From Octopus sinensis (Eukaryota): a DNA stretch of 64,000 bases. The position numbers and the translations under genes are program-made. This document shows positions 36,428-49,590 of the stretch, piece after piece. Positions within the stretch are counted from its first letter, which is position 1. Each line of letters starts with the position of its first letter. The notes beneath the pieces are model-generated. The model was not told the origin of the DNA, did not search any database, and worked only from the letters and a program-made list of their open reading frames with translations. The DNA lies in NCBI RefSeq assembly GCF_006345805.1, contig NC_043008.1:4340001-4404000 (forward strand), given 5' to 3'.

Positions 36428-36689
36428 CGTTAAATAGTATGTTGAATTATTTCCATTTGTTCAAACTTTTCTTTCAATGAAATAAACTGAGAAAAATAAT
36501 TGAAAATAAACAAAAAGCAAATAGGAGGCTTTCAGTTCACCCTGACTGTTATTTGGAATTTGTAGTGTCATTGTGCTTCTGTTGTTTTATTATATTTGAA
36601 CCACTGGAATTTTTCAAAGAAATACTTGTATTGTGTGTATGTGTATTTGTTTTTGTCACAGAAATATTTATCATGCTGAATGCAAAGCC

Positions 36690-37390
36690 TACAAGAAAGA
36701 ACTTTATAATAAAAATTTTTTTAAAATAACTTATTTCTGTGAGAGAAGAACTGGCCTCAGTTTAAGTGAACTTAATGTGATGTATGGATTGGTCAGATTT
36801 ACAATTTGTACCATTTTGAAGACAAAGAATGAGCTCGGAAATCTAACGGTGGAGAAAGCCACATGCAGGGTCATTAAACATTTGTGCCTCACATGTGGGT
36901 TAAATGGGAAATATATGTTTTTAATGTGGGTTAAAAGAAAAGCAATTTGCTGGTGATTCAGTGAGTGATTCATGCATGTGTGAAAAAAGCAAACTCTATT
37001 TGTGATGGACTTGAAAGTGGTCCTGCTCTTCCTAGTGACGGAAAATTAGAGGAGTTTAAAACTAGCAAAACTTGGTTCAAATCATTGAAAACGTGTTCTG
37101 ATTCTGGACTTCTGTCTCACCAAGAATAACAAAACTGCCAGCTCAGATTCAGTTTCTGCAAAAACATCTCTTGCTGAAGTTTATAAAATATAAAGGAGAA
37201 TTTATATTCTCGTCAGATTTTTAACTGTAAGGGGTCTGGCTTTCTGGGCAGATGGATTCCCAGGATCTGCATTTTACAGGAGGAAGTGAAATTGTCTAGA
37301 TGTAAACCAATGAAGGTTTATGTTGGATAGCTTGCTTTTGTTTAGTAGCACTTGTAGGGGAAGACACACAAGTTAGGCATTGAAAGCACC
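36690..37390 (+). mobile_element. Tigger/pogo transposase relic (CENP-B-like HTH plus start of DDE domain)
   Basis: SLSELNVMYGLVRFTICTILKTK; KQFAGDSVS...CEKAN; EEFKTSKTWFKSLK; RQIFNCKGSG; CKPMK, all matching Tigger1-like motifs (EKQLAGDSVSE, EFKASRGWF, QQVFNCDETGLFW, HKPMKDRL). Confidence 0.85.
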
Positions 37391-38099
37391 AATTTAGGAG
37401 CTGGACCATTGTCTGTTCATCATAGAATCACAGTGTACCTTTTTTCAGCCTGGAATCATCAAGAAGCAAAGAGCATCGAAACATGACACTTGCAGCAGCC
37501 AATCCATCGATTTCAAAAAGAGTTCTTTGGTTTTGTGAGCAAGCATATATATAGAGAGAGAGGGGGGAGGGGCAGGCAGGATTCTCATATACATGTGTGT
37601 GTGTGTGCAAGTATTAGTCAGAAATATGTAAATAATTTCCAATACACATCAGTTGCATAGAAATATGTTTAAGAATGTGTGAATTACTTGCAGGTATGTT
37701 TTATACATTATAAATATAATCTGATGTGTTTGTATTTCCTAAGAAACCGCCTGAAGGCAATTCCCCATGAATAACACACTGGGTAAAATTGACATTGTGT
37801 GTATATACAAGAGAGAGAGAGAGCGAGATCACTTTCAGTTGGTTGAGAGCTTGAAGGTGAAATTTCGTATTTGAGAGGTATTAAAGGAGACTCTACGTCA
37901 TCACTTGACGTGCAAGAAATAACAGCCAAATTCCTCTCAAATCACACTGTCTTACAGAAAGGAAAGGTACACTAGGTGAAGTAGTCCTAAACACATTTAA
38001 AAATACAGGATAATCATGGTTGGAATGCTTTTGATCATAAGTTTATTCAACAAGAATTGACACAAATATTGTTATCTATAAAATACACCATTTTACCCA

Positions 38100-38360
38100 T
38101 CATCATCATCATCATCATCATATTTAACATCTGTTTTCTATGCTGGCATAGGTTGGACAGTTCGAAAGGAACTGATGAGCCAGAGGGGTGTACCAAACTC
38201 TAGTGCCTGCTTTGGTACAGTCTCTATAGCTGGATGCTCTTCCTAATGCCTGCCACTTTGCAGAGTGAACTGGGTGCTTTTCACATGGCACCAGCACCAC
38301 TGAGGTCACCAGGTAACTCACAAACAAGACCCTTCAACTGAGCAGGGAGTAGCGTTGAGA
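38100..38360 (-). mobile_element. RTE-type 3' end short element
   Basis: (CAT)n then tttaacatctgttttctatgctggcataggttggacag...gctggatgctcttcctaatgcc. Confidence 0.8.
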
Positions 38361-40239
38361 GACGGACTGGAAACGGTGTCTTGCTGTAGGGGAGATACAC
38401 AGTTACCCTCAAGTTACAAGAAAGTGGATATAAGAGAAGTGGTATGGGCAGATAAAAAGCTTGGGTAAATATGAAAGAAGAGTGGCAGATGGACAGAGAT
38501 GGGGTTGCAGGGAAATGTAGTGAGTGGTGACCATGGATGGTGATGTGGTCAGTTGTGAATATCCATTAGAGGGGAAGATCAAGAAGTAGGTGACGGCAGG
38601 AGGTAATTGGGGGCAGCAATGATGATGTCACTTATTATATTTATAATGATGAACAATTGTAATTTTTACCTCACTTGCAAAAATTGGGATGAGTTAAGTT
38701 ACCTGCGTACATTAGAAACGGCAGTCATGACTGACACTCTTCACATTTGAAACTATTAGCAGAACGAAACCAGTCGTCAGTTCCTCTCATGGAATCATGC
38801 TTTGAAACTTCTTCATATTTCATCTATCAATGCTATATCAGAGTTCTTTAATATCTTTCTGACATACTTACTGTTTCGTAAATTTTCTCTTTTAGATATT
38901 TTTTTATGGTTTCACATCATTCATTTATATCTTACTAAACTGTTGGACACATTTCCAACACAAACAAGAAGAGAACAGTAAAACTATATTGTATTTTAAC
39001 TCTACTTATTATATCATGATTCTTATATATTCTTTACGTCAGCCTTAGTTATTATATTATAGTTTCTCTTTACAGTTTTTAGAATATCATTTCATTCACA
39101 CATGTACTAAACAGTTAGACATGTTTCCAACACAAACACACTTGCAAAATATAGTAAATCTATATCATATCTGTAGTTATAGTTTAGTTTTTATATATTC
39201 TTCCACCAGCTTCTGTTATTATATTATCATTTTTTCTAGCTTCCTCTTATATTGCATACCTAAGCAACTCTGCGTACTAACAACAAGTATTTAATAAAAT
39301 TAGTAATAAAAATAAAGGATCCCAGCTGTATTTTTCTTCAAAACTATATTGCAAACTAACATTAAGATCCATAATGAACAAATTTATAGCATAAGTATGA
39401 CACTTTTTCCCCTTTATATATACATAACTGGTTTTGGATGCAGACAAAATTATAAACAACTATTTCTATGTGTATTGGCAATGCAAAAGTTTTTCATATA
39501 CGAAGGAAAAAAGTAAACATCTGAGAAAGGGATGATTGTCTGAGCTGGCAAAGCTGAATAAATAAATAAAATAACAAAACAATCAGTTAATAAAATTCAT
39601 GAAATACGTTCATGTGATGTGGTGATTCTGTCTCTCCTTGAGGCAGACATGAATTTTTTTTTACATGAAGAGGAACAAAGATAACAAAATAGAAGTAAAT
39701 ACTATGTAACAAGACCTTCACAACCATTCTAATACTATGCATATATCAATTTCTAATATAACCACAAGGACTCAGTTTTCGCAGAGGTGGAAGAAGTATA
39801 GTTGTTTACATCAACTCCAGTGCTTGACTGACCCTTTTTTGATCAACCCTGAAAGGCTGAAAAGCAGAGTTGAACCTAACAGAATTTGAACTTGAAACAT
39901 ACCTAAATAATGTATGACATTTTATCCATTTTTCTATTGAATCTGTTATTTCATAAATTAGCATTCTTTCCATTCTGATACAGTAACTCATCATCATTCT
40001 TCATCACTTTAATGCCTACTCTTCCACGCTTGCCTGGGTCACACAGACCTCACTGTGGCAGATTCTTTACAGTCAAATACAATGATAATAAATGATGTCC
40101 AGCTTTGTACTTTCCTTTGGTACCTGAATGGCCATGGGATTAAGAAATTCACTTTGAAATCATAAAGTTCTTGGTTTGATCCAACCATGCAGCATTTCAG
40201 GAGACAAATTTCTCCGGCTGCAGTTTCAATTTATATCAT

Positions 40240-40525
40240 ACGTAGCTTGAGGTTAGAAAGTCTCTCCAGGTCAAGCAGGGAGGTCACAGCTCCAGTACAA
40301 CATATGTGATTAGACTGTCTCTGGATAGAATTGCAAGAAGGATTCTTCAAGCTGAGTCCAGCAGCAGAAGTCCCAGGGGTCGACCAAAAACAAAAAGGTT
40401 GAATAATGCTCATGGTCTCAGTGGGTCATGCTTGGGAATCCAGCTGGAAAGTGTAAAGAGGATTGCTTGTGGTGGGACCCGATGGAGGGGGTGTCTGACT
40501 CTCCTATGCATAATGGGTAGAGAAG
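40240..40525 (+). mobile_element. RTE-1-like LINE C-terminal relic
   Basis: HVIRLSLDRIARRILQAESSSRSPRGRPKTKR...SCLGIQLESVKRIACGGTRWRGCLTLL resembles GHV.RM...R..RR.L......RPRGRPRTRW...SRLGI......A.....WR..L.LL. Confidence 0.75.
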
Positions 40526-41711
40526 ATAGATGAATGGATGGATAAGTAGAAATTGGGTAGACCAAACCTGTGTGTAGGGCTATTGAGCTACTGAGCTTGT
40601 TTTTAGGTGTAGGGCTCAATCTGTCACCCACCCACCCCATCCCCGGTCAAAGGCACATTTAATGGAGTGCACACTCAGAACTGATCTTTAGTTTGAAAAT
40701 AACTTTTGACACTCGTCTCAGGGACCCTTCGAAACATTCACAGATGCTGTCCTTCCTCTGCTCACAAGTCATAAAAGCAACAGTGACAACAAAAATATAA
40801 ACATGGAAGTAATTCTGGATCACAATTCCAAATTCCAAACTTTGTGTTTGGGAAGAGAAACAAACAACAGCAGTTCTCTTGTTCACCGATTGAAAGAAGT
40901 TCATCCAGCCGGAAGTTCCGGATATTTCTGGAACAGACTTTGGCTTAAGTCACAAGCTTCAATTGTCTTATCTTAATGACAATGGCTTTTCCTTGTTTCA
41001 AATAGCTTTCTTTTTATATTTTTTCTACTGCAATGATCCTACATAGATATTGAAACACACACACATATATATAGATATAGATACATGTACATTTAGAAAT
41101 ATATATACGTATACATATATACATATATATTTGTACATATGTTTATATAGGCATAGACATATATATATATATACTTCTGTATAAGTGTGTGTGTGTGTAT
41201 GCGTGCACGCATGTGGGTAGGTATATATGAATGCCTGCATAAGAAATTTCCTCTCTTTCCAATGAAGACATTTGCCTGAAACATTAGACTTCTTTTTTTC
41301 CTTATGACAAACTTCATTCCACCGCTTCAACTATTTCTACCTTTACATTTTGTTGATGCAGAACATCACTGGTTTCATTACAGTTCACAGTCTTTCTGGT
41401 AACAATGGTATATGTATATATATATGGGTGTGTATATGTATGTTTGTGTGTATGTGTGTGTATGTACATATTCATGTGTGTTTTTGTGTGATGGTGTGTA
41501 GATAGACAGATAGCTGGTTAGTTAGTCTGTGTGTGTGTGTGTGTATTTATTTAAAAGCTGTGATTGACTCCATCATTATTCAGAGCTTGTCTTTTTGTCA
41601 CCTGAAGGATCTCACATTTTAAGAATCATTGAGTAGTGTCAGAGTTATTCATAAAATTTGAATAAATTACTCACTCCATGTCTGCTACTTACAGTTCCAA
41701 ATGTATGCATC

Positions 41712-41769
<58 letters not shown>

Positions 41770-42054
41770 TATTATAATGTCAGCAATGTGCAGGCCTCTG
41801 TATAATCACATATTCAGTTAGAAATGGAAGCCAAATTTATATTTCACATTCTACCCTCTGAACATGAAAAATATGTCAAATAAAACCGTCTGAGACAAAC
41901 CGAATATGAAAAGATGTGATAGTCATGGCTAAGGTGCTTTTGATCAACCAGGCCTGATGTGGTACTAAACAACAATGACCGTAAGGTTTGTGGAGAAATG
42001 CTGGGCATTTGGATACTTTCTTTTTTGAAAGAGTTATGTTCCTCAGTTTCTTAT

Positions 42055-42430
42055 ATGTTTATTATCTCTTATCTTTTACTGAACTGCGGTCTTGCTGGAA
42101 CACCATCTTCAAAGGGTTTAGTTGAACAAACTGACCCATGCACTTATCTTTTTAAACTTGGTTCTTATTCTATCTACATCTATTGCCAAACTGTAAACAA
42201 ACCAACATGGGTTTTCAAATGGTGATGGATCAAATGCAGACAAAAGACACACACACACACACATATATGACAGGCTTCCACACAGTTTTGTCTACCAAAT
42301 TCACTTACAAGGCTTTGGTCAACTCAGGACTATAAGTACAAGACACCTGCACAAGGTGCCATAGAGTAGGACTGAACCCGGAACCATTTGGTTGGTTGCA
42401 AGGTGAACTTCTTAACAACACAGCCCAGCA
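42055..42430 (-). mobile_element. Composite tRNA-derived SINE
   Basis: Same two-half structure with (CA)n linker as 15667-16075. Confidence 0.75.
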
Positions 42431-43969
42431 TGATGTACCTGTTTCAACCATTATTCAACAAAAATGATGAATTAACAGAATCATTAGATTATTCAACAAA
42501 ATAGTTCGCATAATTTGTTTCAGCTTTTTACATTCTAATTCAAATCCCTATCAAGGTCTGCTTTTGAACTTTCTGGGGTCAATAAAATAGATTATCAGTG
42601 AAGATAAAATAGTTTACAGTAAAGAAATCAAGAGCTAATCTGCATGACACAAAATCCAATGGGCTGATAGGGTCCAGCAGAGCCCATCTCCATGCACAAC
42701 TGTGGGGCTCCAATGAAAAAGGCACACCTGTTGAAGTACCTGAATATTTATCTACTTGTAATACACTGTGTCCCAACACACACACACACACACATGCACA
42801 CATCATTCACACTACACATTCATCTTACACAGACTCTCCCTCCTTTCTCTCTTTCTCTCTCTCTCTCTCACTCACACATTCTCTTTCTGTTAAAAGCATA
42901 ATCCATTAAAGCAGATAATATAAGAAAAAAGAAAAAAGGAAGTGTCATTATGGAATACAAAATCCAGGTAGCTTTACACATGCAAGAAAACTGCTAAAGG
43001 GACACCTATGGCTGCTGAGGCCAGCCTAAGGTGGTTGTGGTTGACAAGAGGCCACAAATGGAACCTTTCTTCAGCAAAGGCTAATTCAGTTCTCGTAACC
43101 CTACTTAGCCATAGTGTACAGGCTAAGAATCAAAATGCTTATGACTCTGGTATCTGCTGATGATACAGAAGGATTTCAAAAATTATGATGGGTTTGGTAT
43201 TTAAGAAGCTCCCACATTTTCTGCATGTTTAAACATGTTGCTATATATTTCTATGAAAGTATTTGCACACAATTTTTCTATGTTCTGATTTAGCCTTAAG
43301 TCAGCCTTGATCAAGTGAACTTATTGTCACAAGTTTCTTCTCTGTTGACAATCGCAATTTTTCAAACTACAAAATACTCCTTTTTTACTTTTCTTCTTCC
43401 CCACTGCACCCCTTTTAAAATGGTCATGTATGAGTTGAAAGACTTATAGCTGCTATTTCTTGTAGGCTGAGAAACTCTTTTATAGGCTTAACACTGTTAA
43501 TGTTGCTGCTGAATTTGGTCCTGCTCAACTCTGAATGAGCAAATCTCTAATTAAAAATATTTTAAGGATATCTAAAACTCAATTCTCTACAGTATATGGG
43601 CAAGATTCAGCAATATACAGAGGCTCTTTCTTGGCTCCTTTTTTTTTTTATCACTTTTCTATATATTATATGCTAAATAAATATTCCTTTGGCCAGCCTC
43701 TAAAAATATATATTTAAAATTGAAAATATATAATGATAAATGTTTGATATGACGATGTGATAGGTAAACAGTTTCATTGCTGTGTGTTGTATGGAGAGAG
43801 TTCATGATCACAGATGTTAATTGCCTTCTTTTTATCATCAAAGTAAATAACAGAAAGAAATTATTCACTTAATTTATTACTATTATCTTTGTTTTGTTTT
43901 ATCTATTTTTTTATTCTTTTATATTGATATTATTAATTACTTTTCTATTATATTTCAATCAGAAAATTT

Positions 43970-44319
43970 GAAACAAATTGAATACACACACACACACATA
44001 TACATATGTATATATATATGTATACACATATATATTTGTTTATTTTACCATCATGGAGCAGTACACTATACACACACACACACGTACTTTTATATATACA
44101 TATATATTTATATGCATTTATATATATGTAAATATATATATATTTATATATATGTAGATAAATATATATATATACATTTATATGTACATAAATAAATAAA
44201 TAAATATATATGTATGTATGTATGTATGTATATATATATATATATATAATATATATATATGTATGTATATATATATATGTATGTATATATATATGTATGT
44301 ATATATATATATATGTATG

Positions 44320-44350
<31 letters not shown>

Positions 44351-44450
44351 ATATATATATACATATATGTGTGTGTGTATATAGATATATATATACACAC
44401 ATATATGTGTGTATATAAATATACATACACATATATACACACACATTTAC

Positions 44451-44484
<34 letters not shown>

Positions 44485-44510
44485 GTCCATGTGTACGTAT
44501 GAATATGCAA
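43970..44510. repeat. About 540-bp compound (TA)n/(TG)n/(CA)n/(TATG)n microsatellite block; similar blocks at 5340-5480, 6240-6390, 7030-7180, 8070-8390, 10860-10923, 12360-12650, 41700-41770, 61650-61800
   Basis: Direct reading; these blocks generate most Y/I/H/T-rich entries in the ORF track. Confidence 0.97.
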
Positions 44511-44717
44511 ATATATTGACAGAGTAATTTGTTGGTCATTTTATTTCTTCAAAATAAGTTTTCTAACACTTTATGGGGTGATTTATATTAATTTGTGATC
44601 TGAGTTTTTATTATTTTAAATTAGATATTGTTGGAATTCACTAATTAATTTTTTTTATTTCTATTTATTTGTTTATTGTACACTGCTACAGAAAATATTG
44701 TCTAATAAACAAATTTG

Positions 44718-44752
<35 letters not shown>

Positions 44753-45496
44753 TTTTTGTGTTTTTTTCCTAAATAAATGCAAAATGTTCCTTCTGATTTA
44801 CTTCTGACATTCCCTTCTGACATTGTCTTTTATACACTTATTTTTGTCTCTTGCTAAAATAAGTTGAATAAATATATGAAACTGTTATTTTTTTCCTCTG
44901 GCAATCATGTGTGTGGTTTCCATTAAATTTTATTCATTTTATTTAATTATTTATGAAATAAATAAAACATTTTATAAGTAAAATTATCCAGTAAATTATT
45001 GGTTGCTGCTGAATCAACATTATTAAAGAGGAATTTAAGTCACTTCATCGATGAAATATTTTTAGATTTATTTCATTTCAGTCACTGTAATTGCGTTATT
45101 AGCAAAATGGTTTTGACAACCTTGTAAATACTTCAGCTCTGATGAGATGCTGCCTCAGCAAAACACAAGTTAACTGGATATTTGACAAGTTAAAAACAGA
45201 GGTCAAATCTCTCAAAGTGTACTCTATCATCCTCAAGAAATAGGTGGGCGAGATATTTTGGACATTATTGTTTAAAAGCTATGTCTGCAAAGCAGGATTG
45301 TCATGGCTGGAATATCTTTGATCATATGTAGGTGATTGATGATTAAGAAATGTTGATCTGGGGCTAAGCAACAGCAAAAGAGAATGATAAAGAAGAACTC
45401 CAGTATGGCCTGCACTGCAGAACTCCTCATTCATCTGGCTTAGTACTGCTGCTAGTCATACAAACCTCCTAGAGCACTTCTGAAAGAGGGAAATGA

Positions 45497-46920
45497 CTCA
45501 TCATCAGCATTTAAAGCCCATTTTTCATGTTGGCATGGGTTGGACGGTTTGACAGGAGCTGGCCAGGCTCTATGTCTGGTTCAGCATGGTTTCTACAGCT
45601 CCATGTCCTTCCTAACACCAAACCACTTTACAGGGTGTAATTGGTGCTTTTATGTGGCACCAGGACAGTTACTTTTTAGATGGCACCGGTGCCCATGAGC
45701 CTGCAAGGTGAGGACTTCTCAGCCGGAAGGAGATGCAGAGTACAGCAGCCTGTACACAAGGGCAACCAAGCTTTTAGTTAGCTTGATTTGTCTCTTCAAG
45801 CATAGCTAACTGCCAGGAGTCTCAGGCTCCTGTCATCCCCTCTGAGTCCCAACATCCATAAATCCTTTCTCACATCTTTCTAGGTCTACCCCTTCCACAC
45901 ATTCCCTTTACAATTAGAGATCAGCAACTCTCTTCATTCGTATGCATTACATGGCCATACCAGCACAGTCTTTGCTCTTGCATGCTACATCTGATGCCTT
46001 CTATACCCAGTTTTTCTCTCGGATACACACTCTCTCATATACATACACAGACACACTACCCATCCAGTGAAGCACGCTGGCTTCCTTTCTTTCAAGCCTC
46101 CACATATATCCTCAGTAGCCACAGCCCATGTCCTATATTTTTGTACATTCCTGATGTTTAGTGTACCTGTACATCTGCCACATGTAAAGACTGCTTTCTC
46201 TGTTAGTCTTCCAGTGATACTGCTGCACCTCTTATGTATTCATAACTTGTACTAGATACACCTGATGCAGTTTCTCCCAACATCTTTTCTACATATCGAG
46301 CAGAGCTGCCTCCCTGAAGGGATCTGTGATTTGTCTGTTTTCCTTCTCATCAATTCTTTGATGTTTGCTAAATTAACTCTTAGATTCCACTCTGTGCTTC
46401 TATATCTAAAATTTCTTTTCAAGTTCTTGTAGTAATTCAGCAATAAGAACAAGGTCATCAGCATAGAGGAGTTCCCAAAGGCAGCCAGTCTTAAATTCCT
46501 CAGTTATATCTTGAAGAACCATAATAAACAAGAGGAGACTGAGAACCAAGCCCTGGTGGACTCCTACTTGTACACTAAACTCCCTGTTATATTCAGTGGC
46601 CACTCTCACCTCACTAACAGCATTCATGTACGTGGCTCGTACATCTCTCACTAACCACTTATCTATCCCTAGTTTCTGCATTGCCCACCAGATAAGGGAG
46701 CAAGGGACCCTGTCAAAGGCTTTCTCCATGTCAACAAAATTTTTGGCCAAGTATTTCTCCTTCACTTGCCTCACCAGAAGGATAGCATTTGTGGTTCTTC
46801 TCCCTGGCACAAATACAAACTGCATCTCACCTACACTTATTCTCTTTCTAATTAATCAAGCCATGACCCTTTCTGCAACTTTCATCACCTGGTCCAGAAA
46901 TTTGATACCTCTGTAATTAT
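45497..46920 (-). mobile_element. RTE LINE fragment: RT, PHD-like insert, deleted C-terminus, 3' UTR and tail
   Basis: QFVFVPGRRTTNAI, FVDMEKAFDRVP, GVHQGLVLSLLLF, LLYADDLVLIAE, LRVNLANIK...PSGRQLCSICRKDVGRNCIRC; (CAT)n-adjacent 3' end at about 45500-45720. Confidence 0.92.
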
Positions 46921-46999
46921 TTCTGTCTAGTGCTATCAATAAACCAACAAAGGACATTTTATCAATGCAGTCAGGGCAAAAACAGTTGATTTTTATTTC

Positions 47000-47420
47000 A
47001 TGGCTGTTGCAGTGAATTGGTTTGCGATCATTTTTGTGTCAGTTTACTGCTGGAGAGTGAAAAAGAAGAGACAAGTTTCAAGTTCAATAAAAGAAAATAC
47101 CAGAATTACACAATATTTTTCATTCATGTATAATAGAATAAATGATAGACCAGTTGTTGTGAATGGCATTGAATCATTTATAAGATACTTATACAGAAGT
47201 GAGTAGAAGGATATATATATTAAACAGAAAAGAAATCGGGAAAACAAGAACTCATAGAAATTCTTTATAGATTGGTCTATATCCAAGAAGTTTGTATGTT
47301 AAAGTCATAAAAAAATATAGAAGAGTCTGAGCAGTCATCCATAGTGGTTCATTCTAGCTAGGTAGTTAAAAATCTGAAGATTTCATCCTTGAACCTCACA
47401 AAAGTGGACTGGAAATTCGC
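47000..47420 (+). mobile_element. Possible old mariner N-terminal relic
   Basis: KSEDFILEPHKSG resembles FKSGDFSLEDEPRSGRP; the rest is heavily decayed. Confidence 0.3.
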
Positions 47421-47943
47421 TTGACCAATTCAGTGCCTATAACCAACTTTCATCTGGCTTGATTCCATCCCTCTTTCTTTTTAGGTATCTGGCCCAGTCT
47501 GAGTACTTATTATCTGTATCTATTACAAGTTTTGTTTTTTTTTTTTTGCTTTGAGTATTTCTTCACATTATACAACTGTCAATATTTACTAAGAAAATTT
47601 AAAATGAAAAGGAAAACACAGCTTAAACTCTCACTCTGCAGCCAATTGATTCCCTCAATGACTTTTATGTGATTTTATTAGATATGTTATGAAAGCTAAT
47701 TCAACACAAATATTTTTTTCTCAAATTGATGTTTACGATGACTAGTAAATTAAAAATCCAAGTTGTTAATTCATACTTTGATGATTGGGGTTATTTCTCA
47801 CTACCTACAACCATACTGAAGTAAGACACTATATTCATGTAGGACAGGAGTTGAATGGCTTATCTTACAAGTGTATACCACCATCATACAATACTGGTAA
47901 TTTTAAATGTGATTCTTGCCAAAAAGAATTGTATCATATAATT

Positions 47944-47974
<31 letters not shown>

Positions 47975-48260
47975 CATCATCATCATCATCATCGTTTAAC
48001 ATCTGCTTTCTATGCTAGCATGGGTTGGACAATTTGACTGAGGGCTGGTGAACCAGACAGCCGCACCAGGCTCCAATCTTGATCTGGCAGAGTTTCTACA
48101 GCTGGATGCCCTTCCTAATTCCAGCCCCTCCAAGAGTGTAGTGGGTGCTTTTACGTACCACCGGCACGAGGGGCTTCTTTGAGTTTTTGTCTATCAAATT
48201 CACTCACAAAGCTTTGGTCAGCCCAGAACTATCATGGAAGACACTTGCACAAGGTGCCAC
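47975..48260 (-). mobile_element. RTE-type 3' end short element abutting a partial CORE-like SINE
   Basis: (CAT)n cgtttaacatctgctttctatgctagcatgggttggac...ggtgcttttacgtaccaccggcacg then ctatcaaattcactcacaaagctttggtcagccc. Confidence 0.85.
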
Positions 48261-48380
48261 CACCCTATGAACATTCCATATCAATTACAAGGCATAGCAA
48301 AGAAGTGATGACAGGTCATTCACTGACTTGGTGCTGCATATGCAAGAAAAAACTCTCTTTGATTATGATTTATCATAGCT

Positions 48381-48460
48381 GTTATATTCTATTATATTCT
48401 ATTATATTCTATTATATTCTATTATATTCTATTATATTCTATTATATTCTATTATATTCT
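48381..48460. repeat. Decamer tandem repeat (ATTATATTCT)x8
   Basis: Seven exact units at 48391-48460 plus one variant at 48381. Confidence 0.97.
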
Positions 48461-48829
48461 ATGCTGTTCAGGGAATTAATAGCATTAAATCAAGACTAGT
48501 GGGGCGTGGGAGGGGGGTTTCATTTTCTTCTACAGAAATTCTATTTCCTCATTCTGACTATGTATTCTGCAGACTTCTAATAACCAAGAATGTGGAAATA
48601 CAAAGAAATCTGTTAAAATACCTTTCAGGATTCTATTCATATTGATGAGATATTAGTTTTTGTCTCTTCCTATTCTGCAGGTAATCAACATATATTTCGC
48701 TTCTTTCTTTCCCTTTTCTTTGCTGTTGATAATTTTCTTAATGTTTTTCTTTTGGTTTGACAAAAAGGGTTTTTTCTTCAAGAAAATTTGTTTTCTTCAA
48801 ATAGTTTGACTCATTTTTATACCTTCTAC

Positions 48830-48894
<65 letters not shown>

Positions 48895-49590
48895 CCTTAT
48901 TTAGTTTTGGTAAGGGTTATTGTTTAATTATTTCAGCTTTTCCAATTAACTCTGCATTTTCATCATGGTATTCTCTGTGTTGCAGATGTCAGCTTCCATT
49001 TAATCTTAGTACTACTAATATCATTACACAAAGCCACTCATACTCTAATAATTCTGTTCTCATGGACCTTATCTTTTTATCAACCCTTGTTTTAGCTTTC
49101 CCATTGTAGTGTGATTGTTTTCACTGTTGCCCCCTAGTTATGGGCTTCGTTGGTTCTCCAACTACAGAATCTGTTCCATACCGAAGGCAGTTTATATCTG
49201 TGCATGACAGCTTCTTAATGCAACTTCATTTCCAGAGTCAGTGTGGCTCCCACCGTTTAGCATTTTGTTATTATTTACTTTTATTAAAGATTCATAATCA
49301 TGATGTAGATTTCCCAGTAATGAATTCTATTTCTCTCAGATCTGCTCTTTGACATCATTAATAAATATCGTCTTCATCCCTTTGTGATTCTCATATTCTG
49401 AATAACATCTCAACTTAGGTCAATCTCCATCTGGTCTTATTGAAGCAAGTTCAAGCTTTGTGCCATTCCATTATTGAAATGTCTTGTTCTTCCTTCATGA
49501 TGATGAGATTTCCATGTATTTTTGGAACCATACGTTAACATTCAGAAATGGCAGTCGACTTTTTTCTAATTTGGACCGGTTTGCCATAAC
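48830..49590 (-). mobile_element. Old R4/Dong-like retroelement relic next to a (TTA)n tract
   Basis: Minus-strand fragments NWNGTKLEL, TITLQWES and P**KCR resemble the region between RT and zinc knuckle of R4-clade ORFs; (TTA)n at 48830-48893. Confidence 0.4.

Noticed and set aside
39903-39974. 72-nt open segment with TAG|GTATGT donor
   Set aside because: Donor region derives from an antisense Nin-like SINE.
47763-47820. Plus-strand VVNSYFDDWGYFSLPTTIL before GAA|GTAAGA
   Set aside because: Acceptor has no polypyrimidine tract; unsupported without transcript data.
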